A stretch of DNA of 63,914 bases, filler included, from Octopus bimaculoides (Eukaryota): the NCBI RefSeq assembly GCF_001194135.2. It is 6 parts of 5 records of this genome, joined end to end, with 100 filler letters (N's around TTAATTAATTAA, not from the genome) between each part and the next. Parts side by side here need not be neighbours in the genome. Positions count along the whole stretch, not along the records: positions 37,705 to 57,757 come from NC_068983.1; 5 more parts are not named here. One strand, 5' to 3'. Positions 40,805 through 53,457 of this stretch are shown here, piece by piece. How positions within the stretch are numbered: position 1 is the first letter of the stretch; each line of letters starts with the position of its first letter. Made by a program: the position numbers and the translations under genes. The notes below the pieces were generated by a model that was given only the letters and a program-made list of their open reading frames with translations, searched no databases and was not told the origin of the DNA.

Positions 40805-42129
40805 TATATATAGTGAATGACACCTTAAAACAAAAATAGAGTTTATCTATAGGAGTTAGAAATAAAAACTGGATTGTGAACTGTTCATAGCAGAAAAATG
40901 AGGAGATCATCAAGGGTTGTGAAGAGCACCTTCACCAAAATGGTGGAATACATTCTAATAGAGGAAGGGGTTAACATGCATTCTAATCGATCTCAGGCGA
41001 ACATATGGAAGATTGAGGAAACTATGCGGATGTAACATCTTGAGATCGAAAGCATATCAACTTAAGAAATGGAATAAATATATAAAGGTAGAAATGTAGA
41101 CGTAAACATCTCAAAGTAGTTTCGAAATCAAAATTTCAAATATTATCAACTAAGATATCAGAATATGCATCAATGTTGAAACATAATATTAAGATACACG
41201 CAAATGTTAAAATTACAACAAATATTGAAATATTAATACCATAAAATATGAACAATGCTATGAGATAAAGGAAAACATAATAAAGCATAAGAAAAATACT
41301 ACGCAAAATATCAGGAAAAAAATGTCATGTCACAGTATGTTAGGAGCAACATTTATGTGTGGGACTGGAGATATTCAAATGTGGGAGTAATGATAGATCC
41401 AATGTGGTGTGAATGATCAAATGACTGAACAGAAGATTGAGCTGGGTATATGTCAGTTTAGTCTGCATATGTTTGAGCAGATTAGACATGATAGGTCTGA
41501 ACTAATACTATCTACTTCAACAACTAACTGAGTTTCTGTGAAAGAATCAGGATGTAAAGGATTGTTGTTAAAAGTTTAAGATACTAAGGTTTAAAACAAA
41601 AGGTTCAACAGAGACCCTCACATGGAGGATGGAGAACCCTAAGCTAATGAAAGTTTTCCAAAAGTTCTATTGTATTTATACAGACATCTTATTAAAACCT
41701 TGCTATGTTTGCTTACCAGATTATCCTAGTGCTTATGACTTTCAGATTGAGTACAGTTGATGGGTGGATGTAGTAAATGATGGACTAAGATGGAGAGACG
41801 TAAGAAAGAGTAAGTGATGACTGACAATACACAATGGGTTGAGGAGAGAGGAAGGTGTAGTGCATGGAGAAAGTAACAGATGTATGGTGCAGGAGAGATA
41901 ATTTGGCAAAAGAGAGTAGTCAATGTAAAAGGTGAGTGAAGAGGGATAGTATTAACAATGAAGGATGGATATCAGGAGACATGGTTCCACTTAGTAGGAA
42001 AGATAACTAGTATCACATAAACAAATGATGAAACAAGCAGTTCTGCTCACATTAAATTACAGGAGCAAAATAATATTATATGATAAGGTTACGCAGAGGT
42101 CAGTGATAGAGAGATAACGGCTCAAGTGT

Positions 42130-42640
42130 AAATTGGCCAAGGAGTCCAGTAGTGTACACACTTGCACACACCAGAATCTAAGTTTTGCTGAGATTAGATA
42201 TGGCTTCAAGACTCTTATATGTCACTAACCATCTTGGTCCCATGCCATCTCCTACATATCGTTCAAGATCCAGAGATCAAGCTTCACCACTGTCACATCT
42301 TCCAGGGTATCTTTCTCCAACAAACACTGTCCAAAGGTTCCCTCATCCATACATGCCCATAGAAGCACAGTCTTCATTCTTGCATACTATGTCTTATTCC
42401 TTTTATTCCCAGTTTTCTCTGAACAAATCCATATTGAGTTGTTCATGCAAATTACACATCTAACATAGCACAGTAGCTTAATTTCTTTCTAGTATCAACA
42501 AGTCTTTGCATTCAAGGACACTGAGTCAGTATTATACATTGCAGTTGTAATACAAGTGTCATACAAGCTGGCATTAGCTCTGAAGGAAAGGATAATGCTG
42601 CCAGTAGCTGCTTTAGCTCAAACTTTTTTCGAACTCTTCT
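42130..42640 (-). mobile_element. Degenerate RTE 3' coding fragment
   Basis: LYDTCI...EKLGIKGIRHSMQE.RL.FYGHV. Confidence 0.65.
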
Positions 42641-42815
42641 TACACTGGCTACTAAACTTTCAATGCACCTACATTTTCTGCTATTTAAGCCTTCTACGTA
42701 ACAAAAGCGATCAACAACTTCTAGTGCACAATCTAAGAATTTGAGAAACTATTTCTGGTGTGCTCATAATAGATATTGTTCCAGTACATCTGTCACATAT
42801 AACACTTATTTCCCC

Positions 42816-42853
<38 letters not shown>

Positions 42854-42879
42854 ACACACACACTAGATATGCAAAATGC

Positions 42880-43050
42880 CATAAAAAAAGAAACAGTACA
42901 CTCTGTAAGTGGTTGACATTAGGAAAGGCATCAACCATAGAAACCATGTTAAAGTAAACACTGGAGCTTAGTACAATCTTCTGGCTCGCTGGTTCCGGCT
43001 GAACTGTGCAACTCATGCCAGTATGAAAAATTTTAAACAATGATGATATC
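42880..43050 (+). mobile_element. Old RTE-type 3' tail
   Basis: gtggttgacattaggaaaggcatc...aaacaatgatgat. Confidence 0.65.
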
Positions 43051-43075
43051 ATATAATATATATAAACACAATATA

Positions 43076-43144
<69 letters not shown>

Positions 43145-43689
43145 TACATACATATATACAATAAGCTCAGACATGGCTGTATAGCAAGAACTTTGCTTCA
43201 AAATTATATGGTTCTAGATTCAGTCCTGCTGTGTGGCATCTTGGGTAAGTGTCTTCTACTGTAGTTCCAGGCCAACCAAAGCTTTGTGAATGGATTTGAT
43301 AAATGGACGCTAAAAGAAGCCAATTATTGCACGCGCGTGTGTGTGTGTGTGTGTGNNNNNNNNNNNNNNNNNNNNNNNNNNNNNNNNNNNNNNNNNNNNN
43401 NNNNNNNNNNNNNNAGCAGCAGCAGAACACTACCTTTCCTAAAAACAGGTGAGGGGTTGGTGACATCCAGCCATAGAAAATCTGCCTCAACGAAATTCCA
43501 TCTAACCCATGCAAGCAATGAGAAATGAATGTTAAAATGATGGTGATGATCATGCAAGTATCTATAGGTATGTGTGCGCATGTACGTATATATGCTCACA
43601 CATAACTGCCACTACAAGAAGAAGATTACTTTGGGGCAACAGATGGATTACTAGGAGAGGCTAAAGAAGCTGAAAAAGCCTTCCTAGAG

Positions 43690-43920
43690 AAAAGATATCA
43701 AAGATAAGCAGTTATATGGAAGATCTGGCATCCAAATTTGGGATTGAAAGCTACACCAGTCATAGCACTGGATGTCACAACATAGTACTGAAGATCTTGC
43801 TCTCTCTAACCATAGTAAGAACTCAATATTCTAACAGCTCAGTGGTCAAAGACCTGCAACTTTTTAGTACTTTACCAAAAGACCTCAGAGATCTACAAGT
43901 TGTGGATGTGTCCAAAGAAA
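43690..43920 (+). mobile_element. CR1-type 3' fragment
   Basis: FGIESYT...QLFSTLPKDLRDL, as in 37705-38000. Confidence 0.7.
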
Positions 43921-44129
43921 ATGGTCAGAAATGCAAACAAGGATAGCTATATCCAACTCACTAACTCAACAGCACTATGGGAGGACTGAGAAGTGAGTTT
44001 AAAATAGACCAGCATTAGCACTAATGGTAGTGCCACAAGATGACAACAATATCTGGTTGAAACCAAATAATAGAATAGAATAGAGAGAGAGAGAGATTGA
44101 GTGTGTGTGTGTGTGTGTGTGGTCTCTCT

Positions 44130-44510
44130 CTCTCTCTCTCTTTTTCCTTATCATTTATTTCAGTCATTGGGCTGCAGCTGTGTTGGGGCAGCACCTTGAA
44201 GGGTTTAGTTGAATAAATTAACTCCACCACTTATTTTTAAGCCTGGTACTTATCCTATCAGTCTTTTTTGCTAAACTACTGAAACATAAACAAACTAATG
44301 ATAGTCGTCAAGCAGTAATGCTGGATGGACACAAAAGTGCACACACACACACTATTTCCTTTCATTTCCATTCAGATCCATTCACAAGGCTTTGGTTGGG
44401 TTGGGGCTTTAGTAGCATACATTTGCCCAAGGTGTCACACAGTAGAACTGAACCCAAGACCACATTATTGGGAAGCCAGCCTCTTAATTGCACAACCATG
44501 CTTGCACCTA
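44130..44510 (-). mobile_element. SINE family A, old copy
   Basis: tttcagtcattggg...cctggtacttatcc...cattcacaaggctttggt...tttgcccaaggtg..actgaaccc. Confidence 0.7.
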
Positions 44511-44578
44511 TGGAAATATAAAGACGGATGGTGAGGAAGGATTATTTTTACACACACACACACACATATATATATATA

Positions 44579-45828
44579 TTGGGTGATCCCATAATAATGC
44601 AGTTTTTTCAATTGCATGAACTAAAAGTCAGAGGAGACGGGGAAAAACTACCTGCATCAACTTGCTATAAAAGCAGGTAGTAATTTTACCTTGATCTTAT
44701 TCTTAGTGCAAGTTTTCAAGAATACTGTTCGATTTCAACATTTATTTTTTCAAAGCTACTTTCCTTTATGAATTCAATAAAGGCAACAACACAACGGAAA
44801 GTGTGAGGAATATTAATGCAGTATATGGGGATCTGACAATAAGCGTAAACCAGTGTCAACAGTGGTTCCAGAAATTCCAAGCTGGAAACAACAGCCTAGA
44901 ATATGGGCCTCATCATGGAAGATCTGTAGAGCTCAACAAGGACGTCCTGCAAACCCTCATGGAACAAAATCCCATCGTAGCTATTCAGGAACAAGTAGAG
45001 AAGCTCAGATTTGGTCATTCAACCATTCATTGACATCTGTATGCCATCGGAAAAGTCAACAAATTGAGTCAATGGGCTCCTCACAAACTTTCTGAGTCTA
45101 ATCATGCACGGAGAGTGAATGTGTTCTCTTCTTTGCTGTCACAGCTCACGAATTAAACTTTTTTGAACCAAATAGTGACAGGTGATGAGAAATGGGTTCT
45201 CTATAAAATGCCAAGTGCCAAAGACAGTGGCTAAGGAAAGGAGAAACACTGGCACCCCAGGTCTAAAGAAGGTCATCACCAACGTAAGGTGTTGTCATCT
45301 GTTTAGTAGGATATGAAAGGTTTAGTCCACTTTGAACTTTTAAACCCAAACCAAATGATAACAAAGCAGATCTACTGTAAGCAGCTTGAGCAGCTTAAAT
45401 CATTATCAGAAGAAAAACGGCCATCTTTGGTTTCAAGACGAAAGGGGTTCTTCCATCAGGATAATGCTCAGCCACATACAGCGAGGATGACATTCCAATG
45501 GCTGGAACAGTTTGAATGGGAAACAATGCTCCATCCACCATATTTGCTGGACATTGCCCCATCTGATTATCATTTATTACGCAGTCTTCAAAATCATTTG
45601 GGCGGAAAAAATATGAATTCTGTAGCTGAAGTCAGAACAGTACTGGAGGAGTATTTTTCATCACGGACAAGTGAATATTGGAAGAGGGGCCTTGCAAGTC
45701 AACCAGATAGATGGAAGAGCATTGTAGAAAATGAAGGACAGTATATTTTAGATTAAAAAAGAATTTTGTTTACCATAGTTTTGAAAAATAAAAGAATAAA
45801 AAAAACCATTATTTATGGGATGATCCAA
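44579..45828 (+). mobile_element. Mariner (DD34D) transposon, full length, inactivated transposase
   Basis: About 28-bp imperfect TIRs (ttgggtgatcccata / tatgggatgatccaa), TA flanks; WAPHKL, IVTGDEKWV, HQDNAQPH, PPY..DIAPSDYHL motifs; stops and frameshifts. Confidence 0.93.
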
Positions 45829-45859
45829 TATATAAATATATAAAAGTCTTGTGTGTGTG

Positions 45860-46460
45860 TGTGTGTGTGTGTGAGACCTAGGAATCAACATGAGTAGCAA
45901 TTACAATATCCCGCCAGTCTTGTGTAGTGTGATTGCAATGTTTGTCAGTTGATACAAGAGTGCTTTAAACTTGTCAACATTGAAATGCATATTGTTTTCT
46001 ACAGACTACTCATATATAGTTTTGAAATACATTCAGGATACCTGATTGCTTGTGACACTTTCATATCATCAGCATAGCTGGTAAGAACAGCTGGCGGTAC
46101 AGATGAGGGCTTGTCTGAGAGACATCACAAAGAGTAGTGATCCCAACACCTCCTTGAAGGACTCCACTTAGTGTTGATGCCTTCTCAAAGAGTACCATTT
46201 GCAAAGATTGTCAGTCATGCAGCCACTCATCTATCTTAACCCTTGCAAACAGCGCATATCCATATGTCTTTATTCTAGCATTTCAGCAATCTCATTGGAC
46301 CAGCCTTTCATTGTGCCAACATTGACCAATTTTATGAATAGTTTGTAAGTCAAGGAAGCCAAGTTTGTAAGTCAGAGGAAGCAAAGAAGTATTGAAGATC
46401 TTTGGCAGTTCATTATTGATGCATTTGCTAAACTTGGTTCAGACTTGTGTACCAAAGTTT
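45860..46460 (-). mobile_element. Degenerate CR1-type RT fragment
   Basis: Minus strand SGVLQG and YADDMK-encoding sequence (agtggagtccttcaagg; tatgctgatgatatgaaag). Confidence 0.7.
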
Positions 46461-46729
46461 GTCACAGGATGCTTTCACATTGTCGACAATACATTGAAGC
46501 TAATGGCTTACAATTTAAACATTTCTCATAACTGTAGTAAATGAAATTGATAGCCTATATTGTTACAATACTTTCTGATGTAATACATATATTTTCTAAA
46601 AATGTTTTTAGTCTAACCATGATACTTCTTTACTACAAATAACTGCATAGTAACTTTGCGCATACCCTGTATGTGTGTGTGTGTGCGCACGTGTATGTGT
46701 GTGTGCGTGCGCGTATATGTATGTATGTA

Positions 46730-46759
<30 letters not shown>

Positions 46760-46761
<2 letters not shown>

Positions 46762-47170
46762 GTTTAAGAACTTACTTGCAAGGAAGGACGCTTAGCGTTC
46801 GGTCATGTAATACAAATAATAAATGAGTATATGCATATATACGTACATGTATGTACATACTTACATATACCTGTATTTATAGATGCATATCTGGGTACAG
46901 GACATTGTAAACAAAGCGTAGACAAAATGATAAACGAGTACAGAAAACACACAGGCCACATAGAGAACATCACCTTCATCAGCTGCCCTCATTCTAACAC
47001 AGGCGTTTCGAAGAGTTAGGGCAGCTGTGTGTTTTCTGTACTCGTTTATCATTTTATCTATGCTTTGTTTACAATGTCCTGTACCCAGATATGCATCTAC
47101 AAATACAGATAGATGTAAGTATGTACATACATGTACGTATATATGCATATACTCATTTATTATTTGTATT
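46760..47170. mobile_element. Fold-back copy of repeat family 4 (PLE-like)
   Basis: Arms about 46807-46952 and 47026-47170; spacer is the reverse complement of the hammerhead-part segment at 51119-51185. Confidence 0.75.
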
Positions 47171-47242
47171 ATATATATATATATATNNNNNNNNNNNNNN
47201 NNNNNNNNNNNNNNNNNNNNNNNNNNNNNNNNNTATACATAA

Positions 47243-48870
47243 AGTGGGGGGAAATAAATATTTGTACATGTCAAAATTATTTATTTATTTAATTTCTAAT
47301 GAACATAAATGGGATGTACCAATACTATATTTGCATACACATACATAAACTAAGAATATGCAAAGGAAACTAATAAATTATAGTAACTGCTGAATTTATA
47401 TACAAATATAAATATTTAGGGGTGAAAAAAGTATTCGTACAGAACATAATTAACTGATAATTCTGATTTAATGCTTCGTAGCATAACTATTATTCAGTTC
47501 CACTTCAACTAATCTCTTCTTGTAGTTCCTAATCAATGACTCGCATGTTTCTTTTGGATTTTTTTCCCATTCTTCTTGACAAATTTTCTTCAAATCTGGA
47601 ATGCACATTGGGGCTCTTGAATAAGTTTTAATTTTCAAATAACGCCACAAATTCTCAATGGGGTTCAAGTCAGGTGACTGGCTTGGCCATTCTAATAATT
47701 TTATAATGTGATTGACAATCCATTTTTGGTAGACTTCGCCGTGTGCTTAGGGTCATTATCCTGTTGTAAAACCCACACTTCACAAAGCTGGAGCTTTTCT
47801 ACAGAATCCCATAAATTATTGTTTAAAATATTTTGGTACATCTCTGCATTCATTCTACCATCTATCACATGTAAATTGCCAGTGCCATTTGCAGAGAAAC
47901 ACCCCTACACAATGATGTTGCCACCTCCAAACTTTACAGTAGGAATTGTGTTTTTCGGCGAATCAGTGGTACCATCTTTCCNNNNNNNNNNNNNNNNNNN
48001 NNNNNNNNNNNNNNNNNNNNNNNNNNNNNNNNNNNNNNNNNNNNNNNNNNNNNNNNNNNNNNNNNNNNNNNNNNNNNNNNNNNNNNNNNNNNNNNNNNNN
48101 NNNNNNNNNNNNNNNNNNNNNNNNNNNNNNNNNNNNNNNNNNNNNNNNNNNNNNNNNNNNNNNNNNNNNNNNNNNNNNNNNNNNNNNNNNNNNNNNNNNN
48201 NNNNNNNNNNNNNNNNNNNNNNNNNNNNNNNNNNNNNNNNNNNNNNNNNNNNNGAATTTCGTCCAAACAATTCAATTTTCGACTCGTCTGTCCAAAGAAC
48301 ATTTTACCAGAATGTATCAGATTTATCTTTATGTTCATAAACAAATTTTAAACAGCCATCTTTATGCCTTTTAGTCAACTGTGGAGTTTTTCTAGGAGAG
48401 CACGACTTCAGTTCATTCCTATGAAGTTCATTGCTGATTGTTCATAGTGTAACAATAGTCCCTTAAGCTAACAAATCTTCTTGCAACTCCTTTCTGGTGA
48501 TCATTGCGTTTTTTTTTCGATACTTCACTTAATTTTTCTTAAAGATTTAGGGGGAAATCTTGCGTGGTGCACCGGATCTTATTCTGTTTTCAACAGTTCC
48601 CGATTTTTTATATCTTTGAATAAATGAAGATATGGTAGAAAATGGAATACAAAGGGTCTCTGATATTTTCCTGTAACTTTTAACTGCTTTCCACTGTTCA
48701 ATAATTAAGTTTTTCACTGAATTTGTGAGTTCTTTACTTTTCGTCATTATTACGACACTATGTTGTCTCAGTGCTGAATAAAGAAGCTAGAGTTTTGACA
48801 CTTAAAAATGACCGCTGATGAGATTATTGGAATAAATGAGAAAGTTCTCATTAAAAAAAATATTATTTTA
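47243..48870 (-). mobile_element. Tc1-like (DD34E) transposon, degenerate, spans gap
   Basis: MTKSKEL...RSGAPRKIS; WTDESKIELFG; PTVKFGGGNI; QQDNDPKHT; PDLNPIENLW. Only one TIR-like end seen (agtggggggaaataaatatttg); right limit approximate. Confidence 0.88.
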
Positions 48871-49009
48871 ACAGTATTATATACACACACACAGCTACAA
48901 ACACATATATCACTGGGAAAAGTTTGACAGTGAATTCATTAGCAGTTTAGTGAAGATTATGGGAGCAAAACTTTAAAATTGCTATTACCTTTACCTTGTA
49001 ATAACATAT

Positions 49010-50020
49010 GTTACCGGTGCCCCTGGGCTGGCTCTTGTGCAGGTGACACATGAGGTTTTTTCGAGCGAGATCGTTACCGGTGCCCCTGGACTCGCTCATG
49101 TGCGGGCGACACATGAAGTCTTTCGAGCGGGATCGTTGCCAGTGCCCCTGGATTGGCTCATGTGCGGGCGACACATGAAATCTTCCGAGCGGGATCGTTG
49201 CCAGTTCCCCTGGGCTGGCTCTTGTGTGGGTGACACATGAGGTTTTTCGAGCGAGATCGTTGACAGTGCCCCTGGACTGGCTCTTGTGTGGGGTTGTTGT
49301 GNNNNNNNNNNNNNNNNNNNNNNNNNNNNNNNNNNNNNNNNNNNNNNNNNNNNNNNNNNNNNNNNNNNNNNNNNNNNNNNNNNNNNNNNNNNNNNNNNNN
49401 NNNNNNNNNNNNNNNNNNNNNNNNNNNNNNNNNNNNNNNNNNNNNNNNNNNNNNNNNNNNNNNNNNNNNNNNNNNNNNNNNNNNNNNNNNNNNNNNNNNN
49501 NNNNNNNNNNNNNNNNNNNNNNNNNNNNNNNNNNNNNNNNNNNNNNNNNNNNNNNNNNNNNNNNNNNNNNNNNNNNNNNNNNNNNNNNNNNNNNNNNNNN
49601 NNNNNNNNNNNNNNNNNNNNNNNNNNNNNNNNNNNNNNNNNNNNNNNNNNNNNNNNNNNNNNNNNNNNNNNNNNNNNNNNNNNNNNNNNNNNNNNNNNNN
49701 NNNNNNNNNNNNNNNNNNNNNNNNNNNNNNNNNNNNNNNNNNNNNNNNNNNNNNNNNNNNNNNTACCGCCTGACTGGCCTTTGTAGGGTTTTCGAGCAAG
49801 ATCGTTGTAGGGTTTTCGAGCGTGGATGTTTTCGTGCGGATGACACGTAAAAGCACCCACTACACTCTCTGAGTGGTTGGCGTTAGGAAGGGCATCCAGC
49901 TGTAGAAACTCTGCCAAATTGAATTGGAGCCTGGTGTTGCCATCCGGTTTCACCAGTCCTCAGTCAAATCATCCAACCCATGCTAGCATGGAAAGCTGAC
50001 GTTAAACGATGATGATGATG
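49010..50020 (+). mobile_element. RTE 3' UTR with expanded ~62-bp tandem units, spans gap
   Basis: At least five units (ccagtgcccctggactggctcttgtgcgggtgacacatgaggtttttcgagcgagatcgtt) at 49013-49290; standard tail and (GAT)n to 50020. Confidence 0.9.
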
Positions 50021-50317
50021 TTTATAGAGGTAAGCATCCATGAACAATTCACTTTCTTCATAAATACGCCTGTATTATTATCAAACATATGCATCCTTGC
50101 TTCAGTACCATCATGCATGCCACAATGGGTCTCTGTGTGAGTGTGTGTGCATGCACACACATCACCATCCATATACATCCATATACAATATATACATATT
50201 TCAGATACAGACATTCGCAAGTGAATATAAGTGTACGTATATACATACATGTATAAATATATATGCACACATGCACGCTCGCACACACATACATACACAC
50301 ACACATACATACATACA

Positions 50318-51263
50318 TAGCCTTTTTTGTTTATTTTCACTGTTTCATTTTCCTGTCTTGTTTTCTGTCCGCCACTACATTCCTCCATGGTACAAATTTA
50401 ATTTGTGGTCCGTGGGAAGAGCCATTTTAACAATGTGTTCTGCCCTAACTCTTCAAAATGCCAGTGTTAGAACGGTGGCAGCTGATGAAGGTAATGTTCT
50501 CTATGTGGCCTGTGTGTTTTCTGTCCTCTGCTTATCATTTTTTGCCTATGTTTTGTTAGTAACGTCCTGTACCCAGATATGCATCTATATATACAGGTAG
50601 ATGTAGGTATGTACATACATGTACATATATATGCATATACTCATTTATTATTTGTATTACATGGTCGAATGCACGCATCTTCCCTGCAAGTAAGTTTTGA
50701 ACTTTATATTTTCTGACGCGACTATCTATCTTTGTATCTTTTTCCCCCTCTCATTCTTACTTCTGTTACTACTATATCTCTCTCTCTCTCTTCTGCCCTG
50801 TCTCTTGTTGCTCACCTATTTTCTACTTCCTCCCCTTTTTTCTCCCTCTACCACTCTTTCTCCTTACCCCTCGATGGTCACATTTGTCCAGCCCTACTTC
50901 CTTTCTTCCTTGGCTATCGCCAAGCATGCACACGAACATTCTTCGTCCCGCTTCCTTCCAGTTCAATATACACATAGTTTTCCACGTCTGGCCGCATAGC
51001 CTTTTTTGCTTATTTTTACTCTTTCGTTTTCCTGTCTTGTTTTCTGTCCGTCACTACATTCCTCCATGGGTCAAATGTAATTTGTGGTCCGTGGGAAGAG
51101 CTATTTTAACGATGCGTCCTGCCCTAACTCTCCGAAACGCCAGTGTTAGAATGGTGGCAGCTGATGAAGGAAATGTTCTCTATGTGTTTTCTGTACTCTG
51201 TTTATCATTTTGCCTACGTTTTGTTTGCAACGTCCTGTACCCAGATATGCATCTATATATACA
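50318..51263 (+). mobile_element. Two direct copies of repeat family 4 (about 50318-50705 and 50997-51263) with a unique spacer, resembling tandem PLE pseudo-LTRs
   Basis: gcctttttg.ttatttt.act.tttc.ttttcctgtcttgttttctgtccg...gctgatgaagg...cctgtacccagatatgcatc occurs twice. Confidence 0.7.
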
Positions 51264-51363
51264 NNNNNNNNNNNNNNNNNNNNNNNNNNNNNNNNNNNNN
51301 NNNNNNNNNNNNNNNNNNNNNNNNNNNNNNNNNNNNNNNNNNNNNNNNNNNNNNNNNNNNNNN

Positions 51364-51396
<33 letters not shown>

Positions 51397-52909
51397 CATT
51401 GTTATATATAGATACATATATATGTGAATATTCCATTGATACATATTGAATAGATATATATATATATATGCATAGACATACAAATATATATACACATATA
51501 TTCATATATACACACCCACACACAAAGTGATATATTTATTGACACATGCACACGTACACACATATTTCCTTATCTGCTCTCTCACAGACAGAGAAAGTAT
51601 ACCCACACACTCTCACATATACATTTACAGAAGACAGCTTCTATGGTACATAATTATTGTTGATTAAAAATCTATAAAAAAATAATAGATGCAAACTTTC
51701 CCCTTGAACTACTTTTGGAAATCGATGAAGATAAAATAGCTGAAATAAAGGAAATATTCATTATGAACTCAATCTGCTTCCTGTCTTTTATGAACTTCTG
51801 AAAAAGATAATACCCTTAAACATTTCAATCTATGCTATGTGTGTTAGAACAGGAAATAATTTAAGCATTTTCTTTTAAATTGAGTCCTTTAGTTAATATA
51901 TGATTTTCTCCTCTAAACTTAAATATATTTCTTCGTTTTATATTTAGATTTCAAATGTTAATACTTCTAATGTTGATCATTTTCAATTTAAATGTTTAAT
52001 TTCTTATTTAAAAAAAAGAAAAAAAACAGTAAAACCCATATAACTATTGATAAACAAAAGGAACTTTATTGAGTATCAGATTTTGTAGACCTATTTAAAT
52101 AAGAATTTAGACTAACTTGAAAATTCCATTTATTTGGTTTACAGAAAGGTTATCTATAATTTTATCTTCTGGGTGGGGGATAAACATATTTTTATGTCAA
52201 AGATTTCGTGTTTATATTAATGTAAAAGTATAAAAAAAAAAGGTACATTCTCAAATAAAAACATTTACAGTGGATCTAAATAACAAGTATTATTACTGTA
52301 CAAGCAACATTTCTCTTTTTTCATAAAAACTTTTAAAATCAATAGATTTAATGCTGAATGGGAAATGAAAATATAAATTTGAAAATTACTCAAAAAAGCA
52401 TGAAAATATTTAAAATAATTCATATCTGTATACTATCATAATAAACTAATGACTATAAAGTATACTGAATTTTTAATTAACAGCAATTTCAAGCTTATAT
52501 TTAAACCAAACACATATTTAATTCTAATACACAACCTCTCTTAACAATCAGATAAATTAATCTATTGATGTATTATGAAGTAATTCAATTAACATGTTAT
52601 TTTTCAATAACTTCATTTCTTCTTGATGTTAAATTTAATACAAAGTTAAACAGAAAATTAATCTTTACAACAAAATATTTAAAAATTGCTTTTAACCTAA
52701 TAAAAATTTTCTATAATAAAGTAATTGAAACTTTTGTATAAAGAACAAATGTCTAATTATGCATGCATATTAAGTATAATAGAGCCATTCTGCAGTTGAA
52801 TTTCGAAATATATCTAGAAAGAAATACTAAAATGCAGAGTAGTGATGCCCAACATTACCTAGTACTATGAATATAATCTACATTAATGATGAGAATGTCA
52901 AGGACTCAC

Positions 52910-53203
52910 TCCTGCAAATACTGCTGCTGTCGATGCCGGCCTAGGGCCACCAGCCTGCTGGGCTATCTGAAGCTTCTTCTGCATATATGAGTTGTATTCC
53001 TCTTGGGCCATCCTGGTCATGCGCACAGGGGGCTGACTTCCTGGAATACGGGGTGGTGGGGGTGGGGTCTGTTGGGAACCCATGGAGGGCCCAGCTGGAG
53101 TTGGGGACGGATGCAGATGTGCTAGTGGCTGGCCCATTGGAGATGCAAGTCCTGGGTGGCCTCCAGGTGAAGTCTTTTGTTGTGGAGATCGCCCAAGTTG
53201 CTC
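52910..53203 (-). CDS. Exon (98 codons, phase 0-0), Pro/Gln/Gly-rich, probably the same gene as 57561-57707
   Basis: Pyrimidine tract plus AAG acceptor (tttctcttttacgtcaaag|GAG), donor GGA|gtgagt, open frame EQLGRSPQQK...EEYNSYMQKKLQIAQQ...AVFAG, GC-richer than flanks. Confidence 0.8.
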
Positions 53204-53308
53204 CTTTGACGTAAAAGAGAAATAAGGATTCAAGAAGCCTTAATTGTTGACATCCAACTTGTATAGAAGAGTTTTGGTGCATTTTGAAATAAATTTCTTT
53301 GTTTATTT

Positions 53309-53359
<51 letters not shown>

Positions 53360-53406
53360 GTACATATATATATATACACATATATATATACATACATATA
53401 TGTATA

Positions 53407-53457
<51 letters not shown>

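Noticed and set aside
51088-51150. Type I or type II reading of family 4 (ggaagag...ctctccGAAACgccagtGTT)
   Set aside because: Upstream core reads CCGUGGG and no stem I forms after the GUU site; only the scrambled reading gives all three stems.
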